This document shows, piece after piece, positions 19,568 to 28,815 of a stretch of 64,000 nt of DNA. The DNA comes from Nibricoccus sp. GTDB taxonomy: Bacteria > Verrucomicrobiota > Verrucomicrobiia > Opitutales > Opitutaceae. The stretch is from the NCBI GenBank assembly GCA_047602425.1, contig JASGHG010000001.1, forward strand, positions 4,928,001 to 4,992,000. Reading direction: 5' to 3'. Numbering within the stretch: the first letter of the stretch is position 1; each line of letters starts with the position of its first letter. The notes under the pieces were generated by a model. The model was not told where the DNA came from, ran no database searches, and saw only the letters and a program-made list of their open reading frames with translations. A program made the position numbers and the translations under genes.

Positions 19568-21007
19568 TCACGGCGTGGGCTTGTCCACCATCTGCATGAT
19601 CGGCAGGCGCATTTCGAAAATTGCGCCGCCCTCCGAACCGTTGCGCACACTCACCTTGCCGCCGTGGGCTTCGACGATGGCACGGACCAAACTCAGTCCC
19701 AGGCCTAAACCGCTTTGCGAACGGCTCTGGTCGCCGCGGTAAAGGCGTTCCCAAATGCGCGGCTGCTCGGCTTCCGGCACGCCGGGCCCCGTATCGCGCA
19801 CAGCGAGCACTGCTTCATCCGTATGCTGCGACAAACTTAACGAAACACTGCCGCCTTCCGGCGTGTACTTTATCGCATTGTCGATCAAGTTGGCCACCGC
19901 TTGCCGAACTCTTACCAAATCGACAACAACCGGTACGCCGGCGCCTTCTTCAAAGTTCAATTTAAGCTGTTTTGCCTCGGCCACATCCGAATAAAGTTCC
20001 ACGGCCTGCCCGACGAGTAACCGCAGATCGGTCTGCTCTTTATTCAGGCGCAACATGCCGGCCTCCGCCTCGGAAATTTCCATCAAGGCGCGCAACAGCC
20101 GCAGCACTTCGTCGGACCGCTCCACGCAATCGGCCAGTGCATCGCGCGCGTTTTTCTCTATTCCCGGCAGGCTCAATGCCAGCTCCGCAGTGCCGCGCAT
20201 GCTCGTCAACGGCGTGCGCAAATCATGGGCGACATTGTCGAGGGCTTCGCGCATCGCGCGGAGGAGCGCCGCGTTTTTGTCCAGCACGTTGTTAAAATAA
20301 CGCACCAACTCCGCGATATCGTCGTCGCGCTTCGGCTCGGGCACGCGGACATCCAGCGCGCCTGTATTGATGATGCGTCGGGCTGTTTCGACCACCTGCC
20401 GCAGTGGTCTGGTCGCCCGTCGCGCCGCCAGAACCGAGACAGCAAAACCCACCAAAATCGCCGCGCTCGCAACCCACATAAAGATGCGGCGCAAGGGTTC
20501 CAAGAGCGTCGCACGATTGTCCGTGGTACGACCGACCTGGAGCAGAAGCCCGTTCGATAGCTGGGCCGAGACCACGACAAGGTCGCGCTGTTCGTCGCGC
20601 GGCACGCGCACGCCATAGATTTTCCGGATCGTCCAGCCACCCCAACCATCCGGTATCGCCACCCGTCTTTCGTCCTGATCGATCCAGTCGGGCGGCACGC
20701 GTCCCCAAACTATGTCTCCGTTCGGGGCAAGCATGCGTGCATAAGTGGAGCGCACATGCGGCGCGTCACTATCGTCGTCAATGCGCTGATCCAGTCCGCG
20801 CACGCCTCTCGCCTCGAAAATGTCGGCGTACTGCTGAAGGCGCAGCCGCAAGGCCTCGATTTCGCGCGTTTCCAATTGTTGCCCGAGCAGAAAATACAGC
20901 AGCGCAAAAATCGCCGTGAAGCCCGCGGCGAACAACACGGTGAACCAAAGGCTCAGCCGCAGCGCGACAGATCGGCGCAAGTGATTAATTTTGCCCGTGA
21001 ATGACAT
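19568..21007 (-). CDS. HAMP-domain sensor histidine kinase
   Basis: Two TM helices, HAMP, AHDLRTPLT, NLIDNAIKY, DTGPG, GLGLGL. Start set at MSFTG. Confidence 0.93.
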   Translation of the reverse strand: MSFTGKINHLRRSVALRLSLWFTVLFAAGFTAIFALLYFLLGQQLETREIEALRLRLQQYADIFEARGVRGLDQRIDDDSDAPHVRSTYARMLAPNGDIVWGRVPPDWIDQDERRVAIPDGWGGWTIRKIYGVRVPRDEQRDLVVVSAQLSNGLLLQVGRTTDNRATLLEPLRRIFMWVASAAILVGFAVSVLAARRATRPLRQVVETARRIINTGALDVRVPEPKRDDDIAELVRYFNNVLDKNAALLRAMREALDNVAHDLRTPLTSMRGTAELALSLPGIEKNARDALADCVERSDEVLRLLRALMEISEAEAGMLRLNKEQTDLRLLVGQAVELYSDVAEAKQLKLNFEEGAGVPVVVDLVRVRQAVANLIDNAIKYTPEGGSVSLSLSQHTDEAVLAVRDTGPGVPEAEQPRIWERLYRGDQSRSQSGLGLGLSLVRAIVEAHGGKVSVRNGSEGGAIFEMRLPIMQMVDKPTP

Positions 21008-21656
21008 AGCCGACGCCGCGGACCGTTTCGATACGCGTCTTTTCCGGATCAATTTTATTGCGCAGCCGGTGCATGAGCACGTCGACCACGTTGGTCTGCG
21101 GATCGAAACTGTAATCCCAGACGTGCTCCAAGATCATGGTTTTGGTCACGGCCCGCTCCGGATGACGCATGAGGTATTCAAGCAAGGAAAACTCTCGTGG
21201 TTGCAACTCCACCGTACGGCCACCCACGCTCACCGAGCGTGCCACGAGATCCATTTCCACGTCGCCGACCTTGAGTCGCGTCGCTTCCGGCACCCGCGTC
21301 GAGCGTCGGATCAGGGCCTGGAGTCTGGCAGATAGTTCGGCAAACGCGAAGGGCTTGGTCAGGTAATCGTCGCCGCCGGCCTGGAGTCCCGCGATCCGGT
21401 CCTGCACATTCGAACGCGCGCTGAGGAAAAGCACCGGCAGGGCGGCGCGGTTCGCCCGAATGCGTTTCACCAAACTCAGCCCGTCCAGCCCCGGCAACAT
21501 CACGTCGACGACGGCCGCGTCATAGGGCGTGGTGGTGGTGAGTGCGAGACCGGTGTCGCCATCGGGAGCGTGATCGACGGCGTAACCTTCCTGCTTGAGT
21601 CCTTTGACTACAAACGAGGCGATTTTGGCATCATCTTCGACAACGAGAATTCTCAC
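20985..21656 (-). CDS. OmpR/PhoB-family response regulator
   Basis: VVEDD, DVMLPGLDG, DDYLTKPF, winged helix ETVRGVGY; overlaps the cognate kinase. Confidence 0.95.
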   Translation of the reverse strand: MRILVVEDDAKIASFVVKGLKQEGYAVDHAPDGDTGLALTTTTPYDAAVVDVMLPGLDGLSLVKRIRANRAALPVLFLSARSNVQDRIAGLQAGGDDYLTKPFAFAELSARLQALIRRSTRVPEATRLKVGDVEMDLVARSVSVGGRTVELQPREFSLLEYLMRHPERAVTKTMILEHVWDYSFDPQTNVVDVLMHRLRNKIDPEKTRIETVRGVGYVIHGQN

Positions 21657-21828
21657 AGGATGAAAATTTGCGGAGGAAACCGGGTTAATAAACCTAAAAA
21701 TGGGAACTCATCGCAAGCAAACCGCGCTTGGTCAGGTTCGGCTTTGGTCGAGCCTGCCTGACCGATCGACGTTCCAGACCAAGCAATGCCGAACCGGCCG
21801 GAGCAAGCTCCGACCGTGCCCTTCAGGA

Positions 21829-21861
21829 AGAAAAAGCGCCCCGGAATTTCGTCCGGGGCGC
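21829..21861 (-). terminator. Intrinsic terminator of the degP-like gene
   Basis: Stem GCGCCCCGGA/TCCGGGGCGC, followed on the minus strand by TTTTTCTT. Confidence 0.75.
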
Positions 21862-21929
21862 CGTCCTATGCGTTAGTTTAGGTTTTTTGTTTTAGTTTAT
21901 GACGGGCAAGGCGTGTTCACAGTGCCGCC

Positions 21930-23462
21930 TTACTCGCCAGATTCGTCGACCACGATGTAACGCGTGCCACGCGGGTTCCAGACCCTGAGGAGCGTTTTGG
22001 GTGTTTCTGTTTTCTCGGTCAGTTTGATGGCATCTTCAGCCGAGCGAACAGGCTTGTGATTGATTTCCTGGATTACGTCACCGGGCTGCAGACCGGCGGC
22101 CGCGGCAGCAGAAGAAGGATCGACCTCGGTAACGATTGCACCACGTACCTTGGCCGGGATGTCAAATTCCCCACGCATCCCCTGATCTAGATCGGCAACA
22201 CCAACCCCATTCAGTGTGCCTTCATCTTCTTCGCTGCCGGGCGCCGTCTTACCCTTGGAAATTTTTTCTCCCGGCATATCGCCCACTTTCACTTTGATTT
22301 CCATCGTCTTGCCTTCACGCAGCACCTGCAAATTCGCATCTGCGCCAGGTGCAATGGTTGCCACTGCAAATTTCAAGCTGCGGCCGTCGGCAACTTTCTT
22401 GCCATTAATTTGAGTGACAACGTCACCGCTCTTGACGCCCGCCTTTTCCGCCGGGCTTCCAGCCACCACTTCGCTGACCAATGCACCGCTTTTGGCTTTC
22501 AACTTGAAGCTATCGACAAGCTCCGGTGTGAGGTCCTGCAAGCCCACGCCCAAATAACCGCGAACGATTTTGCCGCCACTCACCAGCTGCTCCATTACGC
22601 TGCGAGCCCAATTGGCTGGAATCGCAAAGCCAATGCCTTGAAATCCGCCCGATCGGCTGAGGATGGCTGTGTTAATGCCAACCAATCGTCCCTGTACGTC
22701 GACAAGCGCACCACCGGAATTGCCGGGGTTGATCGCTGCGTCCGTCTGGATGAAATTCTGATAGGTCAGCCCAAGTTCTTCCTGCGCACGGCCAAGACCA
22801 CTGACCATGCCGCTGGTCACCGTCTGGCCGATGCCGAAAGGGTTGCCGATTGCGAGCACGCGATCACCCACCTCGATCTTTTCGCTATCGCTAAACGTGA
22901 TCGCGGGCAGGTCTTTGGCTTCGATTTTGATCACAGCGAGGTCGGACTTGTCATCCGTACCAATCACTTTGGCCGTTTGCTCACGCCCGTCTGCAAGCGT
23001 GACCTTGATCACGTCCGCGCCGTTTACCACATGGTAGTTGGTTAGAATGTAACCATCGGTGCTCACAATCACGCCGGACCCAAGACCCTGCTGTTGGGGA
23101 ATGCGATTCATCCGGTTCCGGCCGCGACCGCCACCGTTGCCATTTCCGCCGAAGGGATCGCCAAAGAAGTGGCGGAACATGGGATCATCGAAAAAGGGAT
23201 TCATTTCCTGCATCGGCACGTTTTTCGCACGTTCCGTGACGAGAACTTTCACGACGCTGGGCGCCACGCGTTTCACCACGGGGGAGAAGCTGGCGACCTC
23301 GATCTTGTCGGAGCGCACGATGGCTTGCTCGTCGACTTTGACCGAAACTTTGGACTGCTCGCCAAACGCGGCGCCGGACAAAGCCAAGCCTCCCGCGGCG
23401 AGAATTGCGCCGCTGAGCAACCAGGAAAAGCGATGTTGGAAGAAAAAGCTTAGTGATTTCAT
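21930..23462 (-). CDS. DegP/DegQ (HtrA) periplasmic serine protease with two PDZ domains
   Basis: Signal peptide; LTNYHVV, DLAVIK, QTDAAINPGNSGG; two PDZ segments. Confidence 0.96.
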   Translation of the reverse strand: MKSLSFFFQHRFSWLLSGAILAAGGLALSGAAFGEQSKVSVKVDEQAIVRSDKIEVASFSPVVKRVAPSVVKVLVTERAKNVPMQEMNPFFDDPMFRHFFGDPFGGNGNGGGRGRNRMNRIPQQQGLGSGVIVSTDGYILTNYHVVNGADVIKVTLADGREQTAKVIGTDDKSDLAVIKIEAKDLPAITFSDSEKIEVGDRVLAIGNPFGIGQTVTSGMVSGLGRAQEELGLTYQNFIQTDAAINPGNSGGALVDVQGRLVGINTAILSRSGGFQGIGFAIPANWARSVMEQLVSGGKIVRGYLGVGLQDLTPELVDSFKLKAKSGALVSEVVAGSPAEKAGVKSGDVVTQINGKKVADGRSLKFAVATIAPGADANLQVLREGKTMEIKVKVGDMPGEKISKGKTAPGSEEDEGTLNGVGVADLDQGMRGEFDIPAKVRGAIVTEVDPSSAAAAAGLQPGDVIQEINHKPVRSAEDAIKLTEKTETPKTLLRVWNPRGTRYIVVDESGE

Positions 23463-23620
23463 GATGGATAAAATGTCTTGTTGTGCCGGTAAGATCGCAC
23501 ACTCCCTTTTCCACAGCCTTTCTCGATCCTTACATTTTTGAAAGATTGGCCCTTTTCATCGCACCCCAGTGCCGAATAGCCACGCTCCCACCCCTCTCTG
23601 CCGCCAAACGTCCCCGAACA

Positions 23621-23725
23621 TTTGTCATCTATTAAATGACAACGGCCCGGGGGAACCTCCACCCTCTCGTCGGTGAGTAAAGATTAAACCATCACCCAGA
23701 GTTTGTCATTTATTAGACTACAAAC
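23621..23725. repeat. Pair of 21-bp imperfect palindromes (TTGTCAT-N7-ATGACAA type), 81 bp apart
   Basis: 23622 TTGTCAT-CTATTAA-ATGACAA; 23703 TTGTCAT-TTATTAG-ACTACAA. Related copies at 42445, 42523 and 61432. Confidence 0.8.
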
Positions 23726-23886
23726 TGTTTGCTTGGTACAATTTTCCCCAGGCCTTTGAACGGGTTTTGCGGGCAGGCTAATAGAGGGTTCACGCCGACT
23801 GCGGAGGTTAAGCATGGGCAAACGCGGCGCTTTCCTTTTCGGGAAACATGGGCATCTTCCCTCTGGCGGCATCATGCCGCGCTAGT

Positions 23887-25479
23887 ATGAGCAAGATTAT
23901 CCGATTCGATTCCAGCGCAGCCGCGCAACCCGAGCCCGCTCCTGATTTTTCCGCGCTTATCAGCGAATTTCAGCACGCCAGCGGCAGCGTTCTTGCCCCA
24001 ATTTCGCGCGACGAGCGCCCGCTCTATGGCCAGACGGTTTACATCGCCAATTGCTCGCTCGACACGCGGTTTGGCCCTTTCCACGCGTATATTTTTCAGT
24101 GCATTATCGACAAGCACTACATCATCGCTCTCGCGTACGGCGATATCGTCAACTCCAAGCTTCTCTACACCCGGCTGCATTCTTCCTGCGTCACGAGCGA
24201 AACGCTCCGGGGCTGCGACTGCGACTGTGTGCAGCAACTTGAAGGCGCTTTCAAAGTCATCTCGGAAAAAGGCCACGGCATCCTTTTCTACCTGATGCAG
24301 GAAGGACGCGGCGTCGGGTATGCAGCCAAGGCACGCGATCGTATGCTAGTGCAGGCTTCGCTCGACCAGTTGTCGACCTTCCAGGCTTACGCCGCGATGG
24401 GACTGAAAAAGGACCACCGCAATTACGACAACATTTCGCAAATCTGCTATCTCCTCGGGATCAAGGCGTCCTTCGTGGTGCTCACGAATAATCCTGAAAA
24501 AGTCGACGCGCTCAGGGCCCAGGGACTGCATGTCGCCCGCACCGAACCGCTCGAATTCGAACCTTCGCCCTTCAACCTGGCCTACCTCACGTCCAAGGCC
24601 GCCGGCGGCCACATTCTCACGCGTCCCGCCGAATCGACGCTCAAGCGCGCCCTGCCACCCGAACCAGTCATTCCCTTCAAACCCTTTGCACTGCCCGCGG
24701 CCCGCCGGTTTATTTATTCGGCAAACTATTTTCTACCGGTAAAACCGGTGGACAACGACATCCTCCTCACCGAGGAACAGTTCAAGGAACTTTTCAAAAA
24801 GAAATCGATCGACCGTTACATGGCCGGTCCCAAGCCGCTGGTGCTCGGCTACCAGTTGATCCGCGACAATCGGTTTTTCGTCAAAATCGCCCCGGACAAC
24901 TTGAACGCTTTCAAGCACGGGAATCCGCACGACCCGATCCTCGACCTGCTCACGACGCCGTATTGGTTTCGTGTCCACGTTTACTACGACATTGTAACGT
25001 CGCAGGAGTTCGTCGTTCTCACTCACGGCAAGCCCCGCGCCTTCGACATACCGGTCGTGCGTCTGCACAGCGAATCGCTTTTCAACCGTTTCCCCCTGCG
25101 CAGCGTCGACAACCGCGACAAGTTCAAGAAATCCGTCAAACACATCGTCACCTACGGCGTGGGAGCCATCATGCTTTTGTATTACGATGGGCGCGGAGCC
25201 GGCTTCGGCGCGTACGCCACCGACTTGATGATGATGGAAACCGCCCAGGCCGGAACCAGCGACGAGGCCTACCAAAAAATCGGCGTCGGTTACGACAGCC
25301 GCGACTACGAGGCTTCGATGCTTCTCCTGCGTCATCACATACCCAATGAAAAGATACAAATGGTGATGAATTCCCCCGCGAGTCTGGTGAAAAAGAAGGA
25401 ATACTCCTCCGCGCTCAACAACCACCACATCGACGTCGAAAAATGGATCTTCCTCGACGATTCGTCGCTGAGTGAATGA
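23887..25479 (+). CDS. GTP cyclohydrolase II-like protein with duplicated (active plus degenerate) RibA domains
   Basis: N domain: RLHSSCVTSE..GCDCDC, QEGRG, D.RNY, LTNNPEK, YLTSK..GGH. C domain: RLHSESL, YDGRGAG, DSRDY, MNSP, with no Zn cysteines. Confidence 0.85.
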   Translation: MSKIIRFDSSAAAQPEPAPDFSALISEFQHASGSVLAPISRDERPLYGQTVYIANCSLDTRFGPFHAYIFQCIIDKHYIIALAYGDIVNSKLLYTRLHSSCVTSETLRGCDCDCVQQLEGAFKVISEKGHGILFYLMQEGRGVGYAAKARDRMLVQASLDQLSTFQAYAAMGLKKDHRNYDNISQICYLLGIKASFVVLTNNPEKVDALRAQGLHVARTEPLEFEPSPFNLAYLTSKAAGGHILTRPAESTLKRALPPEPVIPFKPFALPAARRFIYSANYFLPVKPVDNDILLTEEQFKELFKKKSIDRYMAGPKPLVLGYQLIRDNRFFVKIAPDNLNAFKHGNPHDPILDLLTTPYWFRVHVYYDIVTSQEFVVLTHGKPRAFDIPVVRLHSESLFNRFPLRSVDNRDKFKKSVKHIVTYGVGAIMLLYYDGRGAGFGAYATDLMMMETAQAGTSDEAYQKIGVGYDSRDYEASMLLLRHHIPNEKIQMVMNSPASLVKKKEYSSALNNHHIDVEKWIFLDDSSLSE

Positions 25480-25537
25480 GATCAGCCGCTGCTGGCTAAC
25501 TAGTTTACCACCGCCAAAAGTTCAATACCCCACCCCG

Positions 25538-26455
25538 ATGAGAATGCAGTCCCGTTTGTTCACCGTTCTAGGCCTTTTCATTGCTCTTTTCGTGGAATCC
25601 CACGCAGGAACCGTTGACGATTCTGCCGCTCTTTTTGGAAATCGTCTCGAAGAAGTCCGTTTGGCTTTGGCCGATCTGCCGGTCTCCATTGAGACACGCC
25701 AAACAGCTCCTTCCGAGGGCCTGCGCGTGTACGCCGACCGACGCGTGAACGAGGAATTTAACCGCGGCTTTGTCGTGGTGATCGCCACCCAACCGCGCGG
25801 CTGGAGAATCAGCATGAACCCGCAGTCCCTTGCGTCTCCAGAATATGTGCGCGTTCTCGGCGATCGCATGGCAGCCGATTTCAAGCGTGGTCGCTACGTC
25901 GAGGGAGCAACGCAGCTCGCCACGTCGCTCAACCAACTTACGCTTTCAAGGGCCGTTCCATCGTCGGAGGTCGCAAAAGCTCCCGTCTACGTCCCACAGC
26001 CACCCAAACCAGTCGTCACCTACCCGCCAGTACGACCGCCGGTTCAACCTTCCCCGTGGGGAGCGTTTTTTTTCGTAGTGTTTTTCGGCATTCTCGCGAT
26101 AGGGATGATGGTGTTCTTTCGATATAAGATGCGGAAGTTCGATCTAGTCAGCCCGCCCAGCAGTCCGGAAGACGCTCGCCGTATCTTCGATGCATACACG
26201 CCGGCGCAGCGCGCACGCCTTGCGTCCCGTAACGCCCCGCATGCGGCTGGCGACCCCGTCAACGACCCAATGGCTTTCGCGCTGATGATGTACGTCGTAC
26301 AACAAGACAGCATGTCGCATATCACTTCAAACTCATCGCCGCTTGATGTAACAACTCCAACGGTCCCACCCTCGTTTGATAGCGGCAGCTCCTCCATTTC
26401 CTCGTCGATATCGACAAGCAGCAGCGACTCCTCCGGCGCGAGCGGCAGCTGGTGA
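25538..26455 (+). CDS. TPM (DUF477)-like membrane protein
   Basis: Signal peptide, VDDSAALF start, FKRGRY..G, Pro-rich linker, TM helix, Ser-rich tail ending GASGSW. Confidence 0.6.
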   Translation: MRMQSRLFTVLGLFIALFVESHAGTVDDSAALFGNRLEEVRLALADLPVSIETRQTAPSEGLRVYADRRVNEEFNRGFVVVIATQPRGWRISMNPQSLASPEYVRVLGDRMAADFKRGRYVEGATQLATSLNQLTLSRAVPSSEVAKAPVYVPQPPKPVVTYPPVRPPVQPSPWGAFFFVVFFGILAIGMMVFFRYKMRKFDLVSPPSSPEDARRIFDAYTPAQRARLASRNAPHAAGDPVNDPMAFALMMYVVQQDSMSHITSNSSPLDVTTPTVPPSFDSGSSSISSSISTSSSDSSGASGSW

Positions 26456-26465
26456 AAAACTTCCG

Positions 26466-27548
26466 GTGACTGCCGTTCCCCAATCCGCCGATCCGTTCGG
26501 CCACAGCCTTCTAGCACGCCGTCTGGAGCAAATTCCCGCGACGCTCGCCGCCATGTTGGAGCGCGGTCCGGCCCCGTTAAAAATGGCCACGCTGGCATCT
26601 GGACGCTTCATCATCACCGGCACCGGCAGCTCCGAGGCTCATGCCCGCTACCTCACGATGCTGCTCAATCTTCACACCGGCCGTTCCGCTGCCTATTTAC
26701 CGCTGTCCGGTTTTACCGCCCAACATAAAAGCGCGTTTGCCGGCAAAACCCTCGTTGTCTTCAGCCAGGGTCTCTCCCCCAACGCCCAACTTTCCTTTCG
26801 CCGGCGTAGTGACTTTTCTCATACGGTACTTTTCACCGCCACCACGCCGTCGACCGCCCGGGCCGCCGGCAAACACGACCGAGCCGCGCTTCTTCAGCAA
26901 TTTCTCGACGAAGGCGGCGACCTGATCGAGTTTCCGCTCGCCGAGGAATACACGACGCTCATCCGCTTCGTGGGTCCAATGGCGGGTTATCTGGCCTGCC
27001 TGCAATTCACCGCGCAACTTTCCTGCTGCCGATTCAAAGTGCCACCCACGGCTGAGATTCTGCGCCTGCTCAATTCGCAGCCACCAAGCGAGCTTCTCGA
27101 AGCCATGCTGCAGACGCCCGCGCGTTTTGCGGCAGGATTTTCACTCGTCACCGCCGCGCCCATTTCGGAGTTCGCCCAAAATCTCGCCTGCAAATTCATG
27201 GAAGGTCTTTTTTGGCTCTGTCCACCTGTCTCGGATTTCCTGCAGTTTGCCCACGGCCCTTTCCAGCAAACCGCCGCCCGTCCGCACCCCGTCGTCATTC
27301 TGCAAGGCGATGCGCCGGTCGAGGTCGAATTGGTCAGCCGCAGCCTCGCCATGCTGCGCACCATCGGACTTGACGCCTACGTGATTAAAATCGACGCACC
27401 TCCGCTCATCTCGATTTTCGGCTTTGAAGCCGCGCTCAATCAAATCGTTATTACCCTTATAAAACAGTTCGGCATCGATCAGGTCAACTGGCCTGGCAAA
27501 GGCCGCGACGACCAGCTGTACGGCTTTTGCAGCGACACAGGTTCTTAG
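26466..27548 (+). CDS. Stand-alone double-SIS (GlmS/FrlB/AgaS-like) sugar-phosphate isomerase-family protein
   Basis: ITGTGSS, VFSQG, KFME, FAHGP; no glutaminase domain. GTG start inferred. Confidence 0.75.
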   Translation: MTAVPQSADPFGHSLLARRLEQIPATLAAMLERGPAPLKMATLASGRFIITGTGSSEAHARYLTMLLNLHTGRSAAYLPLSGFTAQHKSAFAGKTLVVFSQGLSPNAQLSFRRRSDFSHTVLFTATTPSTARAAGKHDRAALLQQFLDEGGDLIEFPLAEEYTTLIRFVGPMAGYLACLQFTAQLSCCRFKVPPTAEILRLLNSQPPSELLEAMLQTPARFAAGFSLVTAAPISEFAQNLACKFMEGLFWLCPPVSDFLQFAHGPFQQTAARPHPVVILQGDAPVEVELVSRSLAMLRTIGLDAYVIKIDAPPLISIFGFEAALNQIVITLIKQFGIDQVNWPGKGRDDQLYGFCSDTGS

Positions 27549-28333
27549 AGCGTCCTCACGTCCGGGAGCTTGCATTCGACCATCACGGGCCGATGGTCCG
27601 AAAGCATGGAGCGCACGACGAGGCAGTAGACCTCCACGCATTCCGGCGGCAGAAAAATAAAATCGAGCATGCGGCGCGGCAGCGGCGAGGGAAACGTCCG
27701 CGCATTTTGCGGATGCAGCGAATAGTTTCCGTGCTGCGAAAAATATTTGAAGAGCGACGCGGTGGCATCGGCCTTGTGCGAGGGATTATTCATGTCGCCG
27801 CACACGATCGGCGGGACCTGCCAGTGCGCATGGCGTAGGATGCGTTTTTTGTTAAGATAATCCATCACCTGCGCGACCTGCCGGATGCGATGGGCGCGCG
27901 AACGATAGTGCAGGTGCATGTTCACCAGCGGCACACGGCGGCCCTGGACGTCGAATTCGGCAAAGAGAAAGCCTTTTTCCCCCATGCGTTTCTGGCCAAA
28001 CGCGATGTTCTCCCATTCTGCGATGGGATGTTTGGACAAAAAGGCGTTGCCATAATTCAATTTCAACAGGCCCGTGCGGCGGTTATTGATGCCGTAAACC
28101 GCATGAGGGAATTTGGTGAACTCTCGCAGAAACTCCAATTGATCGAAGCGCCCGGCCCAAATCGAGTACTCGTCGATCTCCTGAAGCGCCACGATATCGG
28201 GATTCAATTTCTCGATCAGTTTCGCGATGCGCAGCAAAATCGAGCGGATGCGACGCCGCGAGGTCAGCCCTTGGATCGGCTGAAGCCCCCGGCCATGGGC
28301 GATATTGTAGGTGACGATGCGCAGCCTTTGCAT
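27545..28333 (-). CDS. Endonuclease/exonuclease/phosphatase (EEP) family protein
   Basis: VTYNI, DIVALQE, YGNAFLS, CGDMN, TFPS, LDFIF, SDHRPV. Confidence 0.9.
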   Translation of the reverse strand: MQRLRIVTYNIAHGRGLQPIQGLTSRRRIRSILLRIAKLIEKLNPDIVALQEIDEYSIWAGRFDQLEFLREFTKFPHAVYGINNRRTGLLKLNYGNAFLSKHPIAEWENIAFGQKRMGEKGFLFAEFDVQGRRVPLVNMHLHYRSRAHRIRQVAQVMDYLNKKRILRHAHWQVPPIVCGDMNNPSHKADATASLFKYFSQHGNYSLHPQNARTFPSPLPRRMLDFIFLPPECVEVYCLVVRSMLSDHRPVMVECKLPDVRTL

Positions 28334-28421
28334 GGCGTGCATCAAACATTAACCTGAATCCCAGATAATCAACGGGAAATGCAGGCCACAAAGGGTGGAA
28401 AAAATCCTTGCGAAGAAGGGA

Positions 28422-28450
28422 TTGACAGCGCCGTTGGAGGCCGTGAAATT
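28422..28450 (+). promoter_or_regulatory. Sigma70-type promoter of tRNA-His
   Basis: Perfect TTGACA at 28422, 17-bp spacer, weak -10 GAAATT about 15 bp upstream of the tRNA. Confidence 0.5.
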
Positions 28451-28464
28451 CGCCGACCTTTTAC

Positions 28465-28542
28465 GGCGGTCATAGCTCAGTTGGTTAGAGCACAAGATTG
28501 TGGATCTTGGGGTCGCGGGTTCGAATCCCGTTGGCCGCCCCA
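28465..28542 (+). tRNA. tRNA-His (GTG) with encoded G-1 and CCA
   Basis: G-GCGGTCA...TGGCCGC-C-CCA acceptor, D arm AGCTCAGTTGGTTAGAGC, anticodon loop TTGTGGA, T loop GGTTCGAATCC. Confidence 0.97.
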
Positions 28543-28815
28543 TTTTTGGGAGGACTGGGAGGGTTAAGGCGGAGGGCAAATCACGGATCACCTAACTCCC
28601 GGGATGAGAATTTGCGAAGCGGTTAGACGCAGCGAGCAACATTTCTCAAATGCGTCCGCCGCCTTCTGGACGCGGGAAAAAATCCATTCCGACGCGCGCC
28701 CAAGCCACGCCGCACTGAATGCGCCGCTTGTTCAGCAGAACTACGGAGGTCCTAGCCCGGTAGTGCGGGTTGCGCCGTTGGGAGAAACGGCGCGATGTTT
28801 CAAAATTCCAGCAAC

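Noticed and set aside
23621..23725. Palindrome pairs as a mini CRISPR array
   Set aside because: Only two degenerate units per locus, spacers of about 60 bp, and no cas genes.
28543..28815. Prophage or integrative element at tRNA-His
   Set aside because: No integrase, no duplicated tRNA 3' end seen in the window, and no obvious compositional shift.
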